Shown here one piece after another: positions 40,192-48,420 of a stretch of DNA of 64,000 bases. How positions within the stretch are numbered: position 1 is the first letter of the stretch; every line of letters starts with the position of its first letter. The position numbers were made by a program, and so were the translations under genes. This DNA is from Aestuariivirga sp. (GTDB lineage: Bacteria > Pseudomonadota > Alphaproteobacteria > Rhizobiales > Aestuariivirgaceae). The DNA lies in contig JBGTJO010000090.1 of the NCBI GenBank assembly GCA_041745135.1, positions 6,494-70,493 of the forward strand. Direction: 5' to 3'. The notes under the pieces were generated by a model. That model worked only from the letters and a program-made list of their open reading frames with translations, made no database searches and was not told where the DNA came from.

Positions 40192-40223
40192 AAAAAAGAA
40201 GCGAGACCTTACAGTCCCGCTTC
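40192..40223 (-). terminator. Intrinsic terminator for the minus-strand ureohydrolase-like gene
   Basis: Minus strand GAAGCGGGAC-tgtaag-GTCTCGCTTC-TTTTTT: 10-bp stem with one G-U pair, then a U tract. Confidence 0.7.
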
Positions 40224-40274
40224 AAGTGGGTGACGGCGCTTTCAGGGAGGTTGGAGGAAGAGCCATCACGGAGG

Positions 40275-41363
40275 CTATTTTTTGTGGGCGCGCCCTTTTT
40301 TTCCGCCTTCGACTATGCCGGCCATGAGATACATGATGACATAGACGATGAGCCGATAGACCACGGCGGAGCCGGGCGGGATGCAGATGAAGGACATGGC
40401 GTCGAGGCCGCGCTTTCCAACCTCATAGGCGAGGCGCAATACCTCATAGTCGGTCATGCCGATGGGCTCGGCCAGGTCGCCCAGAATATCGCCGGGGGCA
40501 GGGCCCGCGCCGCCGATCACATCCATGTCGAAATGGGCATAGACGGACTCGGTGCCGTCATAGGCATGACGCAATTCGGCGCAGAGCTTTTCGATGTCGA
40601 AGCCGCTGCGTATGCGCCACATGGGGAAGAAATGCGTGCCCCTCGATAGAAAGTGGCGGACCTGCTCCTTGTTCTCGAGCATGCCGCGCTCGCCGATCTC
40701 CAGAAGATTTTTCTGGAGGTAGTTCTTGCAGAGCTCGTAGGTTTTCCATTTCCAGGCATCGCTGCCGGCGATGCGGGGGTCCATCGTGAGCTTGTCGAGG
40801 GGGGCCACATCCCAATGGGTGTCGAGGCTCACCATCCCCACATTGCCCTTGGTGTGCTCGGAGACCGGCTTGGCAATCGCAAAGGAGCCGCAGGGCGAGT
40901 TCTGGCCGATGACAATCGGAATCGCGCCCGCATCCAGGGCATCGTTGACCTTGCGTTCCACCGCAGCCTGGGCGGCGAGCACATTGTCGGCGGTGGGCCT
41001 CACCAGGCTTTCAGGCGGGATTTCGGCATTGCCGTAGTCGACGACCTTGAGCGTCTCAAAGACATCGACATCGAAGTCCTGGATGTAGCCGGAGCCGTAG
41101 CGGATCGACTGCTGGCGCACGCGTTTGGAGGCGGCGAGCCATTCTTCCGCCGAGACGCCCGCATAGGCGCCCCAGCCGGCGACGTAGGGAGCGCCGATGA
41201 TGACGATATCGGCTCCTTTCAGATGCTCGCGCGTGGTGGCGTGGGGCCTTGCCATGAAGGTCGGCATGTCCGCCTCGATCATCGGCACATACCAGGGGTT
41301 CATGAATGAGAACGTGTTGTCGAAGCTGGTTTTTCTGATCTGCTCCCAGCTTGGATAAGCCAT
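40275..41363 (-). CDS. Divergent arginase/ureohydrolase-fold protein
   Basis: PTF, D.VI.GAPY, VVDYG, DTHWD (DxHxD), HFDMD (DxD), EP.G. The canonical GGDHS is replaced by GQNSPC. RBS GGGAG. Confidence 0.78.
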   Translation of the reverse strand: MAYPSWEQIRKTSFDNTFSFMNPWYVPMIEADMPTFMARPHATTREHLKGADIVIIGAPYVAGWGAYAGVSAEEWLAASKRVRQQSIRYGSGYIQDFDVDVFETLKVVDYGNAEIPPESLVRPTADNVLAAQAAVERKVNDALDAGAIPIVIGQNSPCGSFAIAKPVSEHTKGNVGMVSLDTHWDVAPLDKLTMDPRIAGSDAWKWKTYELCKNYLQKNLLEIGERGMLENKEQVRHFLSRGTHFFPMWRIRSGFDIEKLCAELRHAYDGTESVYAHFDMDVIGGAGPAPGDILGDLAEPIGMTDYEVLRLAYEVGKRGLDAMSFICIPPGSAVVYRLIVYVIMYLMAGIVEGGKKGRAHKK

Positions 41364-41496
41364 CGCCGTTCTCCCCTAAGTCTTGCCGATTTGTTAAGCA
41401 GGGATCACCCCGGCAAGCGCTGTGAAAAGGCGAACATTGGCCGTGCCAAATGTTGTCTGGCTCCGCTCCGCCGCCCAAACCACATTCCCCGCCCAT

Positions 41497-42372
41497 ATGA
41501 ACCGAAACTTCGACTATCACCGTGCCTCCTCGCCCGAGGATGCCATCAGACTCAAAGCATTGCTGGGCGGAAACGCGCGGTTCTGGGCCGGCGGCACCGA
41601 CCTTATGCTCTGGGACCGGCGCAGGGATAATCCGATCACGGCCGCCATCGACATTACGGCGCTGAAGGAGCTTTCCGGAATCGAGGTGAGCGGCAACCGA
41701 ATCCGGATCGGTGCCCTGGCCTCGCTGACACTCCTCGAAAGGAGCGGCCATCGGCATCCCAATCTGCGGGTGCTGGCCGATACGGCGCGCCTCATGTGCA
41801 CGCCGCAGACGCGGACCATCGCTTCCATCGGCGGCAATGTCTGCAATGCCTCACCCGGCGCCGACCTGCTCCCGCCGCTTGTCGCGTTGGGGGCCAAGGT
41901 TCATCTGCAAGGGGCGAGGGGCATGCGCCGGATGACCTTGGAGCAATTCATCACCGGCGTTGGCCAAAACGATCTCGGCAGCGACGAGATGCTAACGCAT
42001 ATCGGGATCGAAAATAGGGAAAGCCGTTCGGCGGCAATTTACCAGCGGGTGGCGCGGACGGCGGTTGATATCGCCCTGGTGAGCTCCTCTGTTTATCTCG
42101 GCATGGGCAACGACGGGAAAATTACGACGGCCCGCATCTCTCTTGGGGCAGTGACGGCAAGGCCCATACGTTGCAGCACCGCGGAAGAGCAGCTTGTGGG
42201 CGAAACATTGACCGAAGGCCGGATGGCCGAAGCGGCGCAAAGCGCGGCTGAGTATGCAATCCCGATTTCCGACATACGCGCGTCCAGGGATTATCGCTTG
42301 AAGATGTGCGCCGTGCTGACGCGGCGCTGCATCGAAGACTGCATGAGCCAGATCAAACGGGAAGCCGCATGA
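41497..42372 (+). CDS. Xanthine dehydrogenase family FAD-binding (medium) subunit
   Basis: F.Y.R..S..DA, AGGTDL, IRIGA, Q.R..ASIGGN.CNASP.AD, PISDIRAS..YR. Confidence 0.92.
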   Translation: MNRNFDYHRASSPEDAIRLKALLGGNARFWAGGTDLMLWDRRRDNPITAAIDITALKELSGIEVSGNRIRIGALASLTLLERSGHRHPNLRVLADTARLMCTPQTRTIASIGGNVCNASPGADLLPPLVALGAKVHLQGARGMRRMTLEQFITGVGQNDLGSDEMLTHIGIENRESRSAAIYQRVARTAVDIALVSSSVYLGMGNDGKITTARISLGAVTARPIRCSTAEEQLVGETLTEGRMAEAAQSAAEYAIPISDIRASRDYRLKMCAVLTRRCIEDCMSQIKREAA

Positions 42373-42833
42373 ACATCACGGTGAATGGCGTCAAACATGA
42401 CATCGCGTGCGGCGATGGCGATCGTTTGTCGGATGTTCTCAGAAGTGGGCTGGGACTGATCGGCGTTCGTGTCTCTTGCGCGGAAGGCGAGTGCGGCTCC
42501 TGCACGGTGATCTTGAACGATCAGCCGGTTACATCGTGTCTCGTGCTGGCGCGCCAGGCGGAGGGAGCCACGGTCACCACGGTGGAAGGCATCGGCACGC
42601 ATGACCGGCTTCATGCGATTCAGGAAGCTTTCGTGGAGCAGCAGGCCTTCCAATGCGCCTTCTGCACGCCAGGGTTCATCATGAGCGCGTACGCCTTCCT
42701 GAAGGAGAACGGCAATCCGACGGAGGAGGAAGCCTCCGATGCGGTGGCCGGCAATATCTGCCGGTGCGGGTCGTATCCTTACATCGTGAAGGCCGTTGTC
42801 GCCGCAGCGCAGAAGATAAGGGAGCGGGTGTAG
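42369..42833 (+). CDS. (2Fe-2S)-binding small subunit
   Basis: C.EGECGSCTV...SC, QCAFCTPG, GNICRC. ATGA overlap. Confidence 0.94.
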   Translation: MNITVNGVKHDIACGDGDRLSDVLRSGLGLIGVRVSCAEGECGSCTVILNDQPVTSCLVLARQAEGATVTTVEGIGTHDRLHAIQEAFVEQQAFQCAFCTPGFIMSAYAFLKENGNPTEEEASDAVAGNICRCGSYPYIVKAVVAAAQKIRERV

Positions 42834-42835
42834 CC

Positions 42836-45187
42836 ATGGGCAAGCAGGAATTCAATATCGTCGGGAAACCGATACCGGTGAAGGATGCAAGGGAGAAAGT
42901 CACCGGCTCCCTGAAATATGCGGTGGATTTCGAGGTGCAGGGGATGGTGCATGGCAAGATTCTGCGCTGTCCCCACCCCCATGCCCGCGTAACGCGGATC
43001 GACGCGTCGCGCGCTCTGGCCCTCCCAGGTGTGATCGGCGTGCTGACCCATGAGGACGCGCCGCAACTTGAATGGCACGGCTGCTGGTTCAACTACCGCG
43101 GCAAGATCATTGACGGCGTGGGACGGTTCGTGGGCGATGAATTGGGCGCGGTGGCCGCCGTCAGCCCGGCCATCGCGGAGAAAGCTCTGGGGCTTATCGA
43201 TGTCGAATACGAGCTTCTGCCGGCGGTGTTCGATGCGGAAGAAGCGATGCAACCCGGCGCGCCCCAAGTTCGCGATGACGGCAATGCGCGCGAGCCCGTT
43301 GTCACCGAATGGGGCGATGTGGAAGCGGGACGGCGCGATGCCGATGAGATCATTGAAACAACGATGGTGTTCGGGTCCCAGCAAATGGCCTCCATCGGAC
43401 GCAACGCCTGCATTGCCGAGTGGAACGGGGATCGCCTCACGCTATGGACATCCTCGCAGACGCCTTCGGAGTTGCGCGACGCCTTGGCCCAGGGCCTGGG
43501 CGTTCCTCAAAGCAAGGTGAGGGTGCAGGCGTTTCCAACCGGCAGCTCTTTCGGCTTGTGGTGGTCGAACAACTTCATGATGGTGACGGCACTGCTCGCC
43601 AAAAAAATACGGCGTCCCGTCAAGATCGAACTGGACAATGAGGAATGCTTCGGCACGGTGAAGCGCCGCCACAAGGAGCGCACGCGGGGCAGCATAGGGT
43701 TTACCAAGAAGGGCGATATCACCTTCATCGATGTGAAGCACATCATCGATAATGGCGCCTATGGGTACAAGAACGAGGTTGGATTCTTCTGCTGCGACAA
43801 CTGGGGAACGGTCCCCAACGGCCACTACAGCGTCCAGGGCGTTTCGACGAACCTGGTGACGGCGGGCTGCATGCGAGGCGTTGGCGATGTGACGCTTGGC
43901 ACTTGCGTGGAGCGCATGCACGACATGGTGGCGGAGCGCCTCGACATCGATCCTTTGACGTTCCGAATCAAGAAACAGATGAGGGAAGGAGACCGCCTGC
44001 GGAGCGCCATGGGGCAGGACGCAGTGATGGGCGACGTCGATCAATATCTGGCGCAACTGCCGGAGGAGCTTCGCGCGCGGATGCCCAAGCCGTTTCACCT
44101 CTCCAGCGGTTCGACGCACGATATTCTGGTGCGGGGCGGAAAAGAGTTTCAATTCGCGGAGCGCTGGAAGGGCTGGGGCAAGCCCTATTCCGTTTCGCGC
44201 CGCAAAAGCAGAGCTGTGGGCGTTGCCACCGGCATTCATTGTTGCGGGGTCGAATTCGAGGGCAACACCAATGCCATGGTGCGCATCAATCCCGATGGCA
44301 GTGTCAAACTTCATTGCGCCGTGGGGCGGCAGGGGCAGGGGAGCGAAACGACGCTCTCCCAGGTGGCGGCGGAAACATTGGGCATTCCGATCGCCATGGT
44401 GGAGATCGAGACGGGGGATACGGATTCCTGCCCGTGGAGCCACGGCTCGATTGCTTCCAATACCATGTACCGCACGGGGTTCGCCGCGTGGGCGGCATCG
44501 CTCGACGCGCGCCGCCAGATTCTCGAGATCGCGGGACGCAACATATTCGATTGCGATCCCTCGGGGCTCGATATCCAGGACGGGATGGTGTTTCAGAAAT
44601 CTCACGGTTCCAATCGGCTGGTATCGATAACGGAAATCATGCACCTCATCCGCAACGATGCGCTGGGCCAGCAATCCTCGATCGTCGGCAGGCCGGCATT
44701 TGCCATGCCGCCCTCCACCACCTTCGCGCGCCATTTCGCGGCGCATTTCGTCGATCTCGAGGTCGATCTCGAGACGGGCGAGATCAAGCTTCTGGATTAT
44801 CTTGCCGCGCAGGATAGCGGCACCGTCGTCAATCCGCAGGTTCTCAAGAACCAGGTGATTGGCGGCGCGATCTGCGGTGCGGGCTTTGCGCTCTATGAGG
44901 AACTTGTGTTCGATGAAACGTCCGGGAAGGTGAGGAACGCTGGTTTCCTGGATTACAAATTGCTTCGGACACCGGACTTTCCGGCGAATGCGAAGGCACT
45001 TTTTGGCGAGAGCTACGACCCTGTAGGCCCGTTCGGCGCACGTGGCGCCGGCGAGGCGCCAATCGCGGCAGCGGTGCCAGCTATTTGCCAGGCCGTTTAC
45101 AACGCGACCGGCCATTGGTTCGATATCCCGATGACGCCGGAGCGCATAGCCATGAAACTTTCCGCGCAAAAGCAGGCCGCCCTGTGA
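42836..45187 (+). CDS. Xanthine dehydrogenase family molybdopterin-binding (large) subunit
   Basis: DA.EKVTG...Y..D, R.PHPHA, MRGVG, GQGSET, DSG.VVNP, RGAGE. Confidence 0.94.
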   Translation: MGKQEFNIVGKPIPVKDAREKVTGSLKYAVDFEVQGMVHGKILRCPHPHARVTRIDASRALALPGVIGVLTHEDAPQLEWHGCWFNYRGKIIDGVGRFVGDELGAVAAVSPAIAEKALGLIDVEYELLPAVFDAEEAMQPGAPQVRDDGNAREPVVTEWGDVEAGRRDADEIIETTMVFGSQQMASIGRNACIAEWNGDRLTLWTSSQTPSELRDALAQGLGVPQSKVRVQAFPTGSSFGLWWSNNFMMVTALLAKKIRRPVKIELDNEECFGTVKRRHKERTRGSIGFTKKGDITFIDVKHIIDNGAYGYKNEVGFFCCDNWGTVPNGHYSVQGVSTNLVTAGCMRGVGDVTLGTCVERMHDMVAERLDIDPLTFRIKKQMREGDRLRSAMGQDAVMGDVDQYLAQLPEELRARMPKPFHLSSGSTHDILVRGGKEFQFAERWKGWGKPYSVSRRKSRAVGVATGIHCCGVEFEGNTNAMVRINPDGSVKLHCAVGRQGQGSETTLSQVAAETLGIPIAMVEIETGDTDSCPWSHGSIASNTMYRTGFAAWAASLDARRQILEIAGRNIFDCDPSGLDIQDGMVFQKSHGSNRLVSITEIMHLIRNDALGQQSSIVGRPAFAMPPSTTFARHFAAHFVDLEVDLETGEIKLLDYLAAQDSGTVVNPQVLKNQVIGGAICGAGFALYEELVFDETSGKVRNAGFLDYKLLRTPDFPANAKALFGESYDPVGPFGARGAGEAPIAAAVPAICQAVYNATGHWFDIPMTPERIAMKLSAQKQAAL

Positions 45188-45864
45188 CGGCTCCGCTCAC
45201 CCTGGTTAGCCACAATCTTTGTCCCTATGTCCAGCGGGCGGCGATAGCGCTTCTGGAAAAGGGCATCGTATTCGATCGCGTGACCATCAACCTCTCGGCA
45301 AAGCCGGACTGGTTTCTGAAGATATCCCCGCTTGGGAAAGTGCCGCTGCTGCGGGTTCGGCGCGATGATGGTTCCGAAGCGGTGCTCTTTGAAAGCAATG
45401 TTATCTGCGATTATATCGAAGAAACACAGACGGGGCCGAAGCTCCATCCCTCCGATCCTCTGGAGCGCGCCGAACATCGGGCCTGGATGGAGTTCGGTTC
45501 GGCCATCCTCAGCGATATCTGGGGACTGGAAACAACGCAGGAGGCAGGAATATTCGAGGCTAAGCGTGTGGCCATAGCCGCAAAGTTCTCACACATCGAG
45601 ACGCGGCTGAAGGGCGGGCCCTGGTTTGATGGCGAGCGCTTCAGCCTCGTCGATGCCGCCTTTGCTCCCATCTTCCGATACTTTGACGTGTTCGACCGCA
45701 TTACCGATACGCGGGTTTTTGCTCAGGTGCCCAAGGTACAAGCCTGGCGCGCGGCCTTATCCGGGCGGCCCAGCGTAAAAGCCGCGGTTGGCGCGGATTA
45801 TCCCGACCTGCTCCGCGCCTTTCTCGTACGCCATGACGCGCACCTCCTCAAACGCGCTGCATAG
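45184..45864 (+). CDS. Glutathione S-transferase family protein (omega/lambda-like CPY motif)
   Basis: GTGA overlap. LCPYVQR, SPLGKVP, LFES.VIC.YI, FSLVDAAFAP. Confidence 0.9.
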   Translation: MTAPLTLVSHNLCPYVQRAAIALLEKGIVFDRVTINLSAKPDWFLKISPLGKVPLLRVRRDDGSEAVLFESNVICDYIEETQTGPKLHPSDPLERAEHRAWMEFGSAILSDIWGLETTQEAGIFEAKRVAIAAKFSHIETRLKGGPWFDGERFSLVDAAFAPIFRYFDVFDRITDTRVFAQVPKVQAWRAALSGRPSVKAAVGADYPDLLRAFLVRHDAHLLKRAA

Positions 45865-45871
45865 TGGGATT

Positions 45872-46082
45872 TTCAGAATCAGAGTAGATGAAGGAAGGAA
45901 ACCGCGTGCGAAGCGCCATGGGGCAGAACGCCGTTATGGGTCACGTCAACAAATAGCGGCCTGGTTGCTGGAGGACCTCCGGGCGCGGATTCCGAAGTCC
46001 GTTTCGTCTCTGGAGCGGTTCGACCATGATAATTTGGTGCGGGAGAAAGAGTTTTCCTTCGCGGAACGCTGGAAGGGGTGGA
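45872..46082 (+). pseudogene. Decayed fragment of a Mo-subunit gene (matches ~43961-44177)
   Basis: Visible DNA similarity with indels, e.g. GCGCCATGGGGCAG, and residual peptide KEFSFAERWKGW versus KEFQFAERWKGW. Confidence 0.8.
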
Positions 46083-46268
46083 GCTCCGACATGCCGGACA
46101 ACTCCTCGGGACCGGTTTTCCTGACGGATCGTGCATTCGGCTGAGCTGCTCGCATCCGCGTCTCCTGGCATGAACGCGAATTAAAATTGATGTTGATTCC
46201 CTCATCCCTGGCACCGTAAGGGTGCGTCGTACAGAGAGCGGCGCGCACCATCACAGCAGGGGCTCACG

Positions 46269-46907
46269 ATGAAAGATACAAAAGGCAAGACACCAAACGC
46301 GGACATCAAGATGGCGCCGCGCACAGGCAATGGCTCCGCGCCAAAACCGGCGGCAGAGAGCAGCGCGGCCGCCGTTCAGCCGCAGCTCGATCCGGCACTC
46401 ATGGCAAAGATCGCCGCGGTGCGCACCCGCGTCCATGAGACATTCGGCAAGGTCGTGCTGGCGCTCACCGCGGCTCCACGCTACCGGCATTTGCCCATCT
46501 CCGATCTTTCGCAGGTGATCCTCGATCCTCTCATTCGCGACCGCGTGGCCATTGCACAGCCAGCCAAGCCCGGGCCTGCGGAAGAGGGAGGGCTCGCCGG
46601 CATCGCGATCTGGGCGAGTGTTTCGGAAGAGGTGGACGCCAAGATCCGCGAACAGATCAAGGCCGGCGTTTTTCCGGTGCGGCTGAAACCCGAGGATTGG
46701 ACCAGCGGCAAGATCAACTGGCTGCTTGATGTCATAGCACCCTCCACCAGGCTTGCAACTTCGGTTCTGGCCAATTTCAAACAGGTGATCAAGGAAGGCG
46801 ACATGCGCATTCACCCGCTGGTTGCAAAGCTCGTCGATCCCGAGGCGTTGAAGAAAATGGGCGCGGCGCCCGTCGCAACCGGTGGCGGCGCCGCCGCGAA
46901 AGTTTGA
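46269..46907 (+). CDS. RTX toxin-activating lysine acyltransferase family protein (HlyC/RtxC-like)
   Basis: G.VV......P.YRH..I.DL, WA.VS.E, RL..EDW.SG...WL.DVIAP. Confidence 0.82.
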   Translation: MKDTKGKTPNADIKMAPRTGNGSAPKPAAESSAAAVQPQLDPALMAKIAAVRTRVHETFGKVVLALTAAPRYRHLPISDLSQVILDPLIRDRVAIAQPAKPGPAEEGGLAGIAIWASVSEEVDAKIREQIKAGVFPVRLKPEDWTSGKINWLLDVIAPSTRLATSVLANFKQVIKEGDMRIHPLVAKLVDPEALKKMGAAPVATGGGAAAKV

Positions 46908-46956
46908 TTCTATTTTTTGAGGTGCAGTGATAATTTCAGCTGAAGAGGCTCATTCG

Positions 46957-47331
46957 CCGAGATGTTCGGCGGGACTGGTGTCCTCGGGCTTCTCCCATCT
47001 GACGGAGATGGATTCAAAGGGCGACGGCGTCATCATGTGAATGAGGCGGACTTTGCTTCGCTTCGCATCTGGCGCAATCTCGATACGCCGCAGCGCAATC
47101 ATCTGCTGGCACACGGCAATTACACTCGCGGCCGACGCATGACCGGCAAGCTGCGGTCTGCTTCGACACCAATCCGACGGACACTATCTACCGGCGAGCG
47201 CGGGCTCGCGGCCTGGCTCGATGCCGGGGGCGCTGCCCAATGCCAGGGGGCTTCAGCACGATGATCATCTCGCCATCGCTGCTTGTTCCGCAAACGACAA
47301 CTCGCAACTGGCGCGTGTAAAGGCGGCTGAA
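46957..47331 (+). pseudogene. Decayed relic of an RTX self-processing-module segment (cassette 0) ending in ANDN-SQLARVKAA
   Basis: Frameshifted match to ~50553-50980 (EMFGG, FASLR.WR.LD, LLAHGNYTR, GERG.AAWL) plus the tail seen at 51141-51188. Confidence 0.85.
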
Positions 47332-47339
47332 CTAGCCAA

Positions 47340-47621
47340 GTGGTGAATATATTTCTTGAAGGGAGTGTTTACATCACGCCTGACTTGAGGTCATATGCGA
47401 CTCTTGACGTGCGGGTGAAGTGTCTCGCGTTCCGCATAATAAATGAAGCGGCAGCTCCAAGAATGGAGCGCCCCAAAATGGAATGAGACAGGGGGAGATC
47501 TTGGTCGCCGGACTTGCCTTCAGTAGTGACGGACGACTTGGCGTGTAGCGATAATGCAAAGCGCGGCTACATCCTTGCTGAAGTGTTCGGGGTCGCATGA
47601 TCATAAGGAGCGGAAGAGCCG
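47340..47621 (+). repeat. Cassette leader, copy A (promoter/leader repeat)
   Basis: Alignable over ~280 nt with 51204-51489. Contains TTTACA-N17-TCATAT and a GCTCCA/TGGAGC hairpin. Confidence 0.85.
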
Positions 47622-47637
47622 TAGGGAGATTGCACTA

Positions 47638-48420
47638 ATGAACTCGGATGCGCCAGATGAAGACCCGCAACTGGAACCTGAGCTTATTGAGTGCAAGCGC
47701 CGGGTTGAGGCGGAATTCCCTCCGGTGGACAAAAACAGCCGCCCTCCGACAAGAGCCGATTTCCAGGATACCTCAGTCGGCGATGTACAGAATCTTGCCC
47801 AAGCTCTGCTCGACGATGCAAATACTGGAGTCGCAATCGGGCGCGTAAAATTGCACGGCGACTTGACTGATGCTGAAGAGCAAAGCGTTGGGCAAGTGAT
47901 CAACGCTTATGCTGCATCTCAAGGGTGGGGTCCAAGGGACTGGATATCGCTAATGCTTCCGCTTGCCCTGGCCCGCCGCGTGGCCGAGGGCGAAATTGCG
48001 TCCGTATTTTCCGAAGACGCCAAAACATTTTTGCGGCAACGCCTGGCTTACGGCGACTACGGCAATTTTACCGGGCAGCCGCCCAAGATGCCGTTCGACG
48101 ACTTTTTCCGCATATCGCAAGACCTGATGGCGGACAAGGAATATATGCATTGGCTGAATGAGTACAGAAGGAATTATAAAACTGAAGAGAGAAGGCTATG
48201 CATCCTGCACTACAAGCTTCACGGCGAGATAGAAAACAAATACAAAAAGAAATACGGCGTCAGGGGGGCCAAAACCTTCTGGTTTTTCTATTTTATCATC
48301 CAATTTCTGCACGGCGACTTGCCGCTCGACGACAGGGAAAAGCTGCGCGCTCATATGAGCGCGCATTGGCATCGTTTTGAAAGAGATATACTGGAGCTTA
48401 CCCAATGGCTGACCGTCTGA
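47638..48420 (+). CDS. Hypothetical cytoplasmic protein, candidate immunity partner of cassette 1
   Basis: RBS GGGAG, TAATG coupling, no signal peptide, overlaps the start of 48405 by 16 nt. Immunity role is inferred. Confidence 0.68.
   Translation: MNSDAPDEDPQLEPELIECKRRVEAEFPPVDKNSRPPTRADFQDTSVGDVQNLAQALLDDANTGVAIGRVKLHGDLTDAEEQSVGQVINAYAASQGWGPRDWISLMLPLALARRVAEGEIASVFSEDAKTFLRQRLAYGDYGNFTGQPPKMPFDDFFRISQDLMADKEYMHWLNEYRRNYKTEERRLCILHYKLHGEIENKYKKKYGVRGAKTFWFFYFIIQFLHGDLPLDDREKLRAHMSAHWHRFERDILELTQWLTV

Noticed and set aside
41497-45187. Aerobic CO dehydrogenase (coxMSL) call
   Set aside because: Gene order fits, but the active-site loop is GCMRGVG, not AYxCSFR or AYRGAGR.
45788-47264. 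ORFs 45788-46144 and 46962-47264 as genuine genes
   Set aside because: They are chance read-throughs of frameshifted relics of neighbouring genes.
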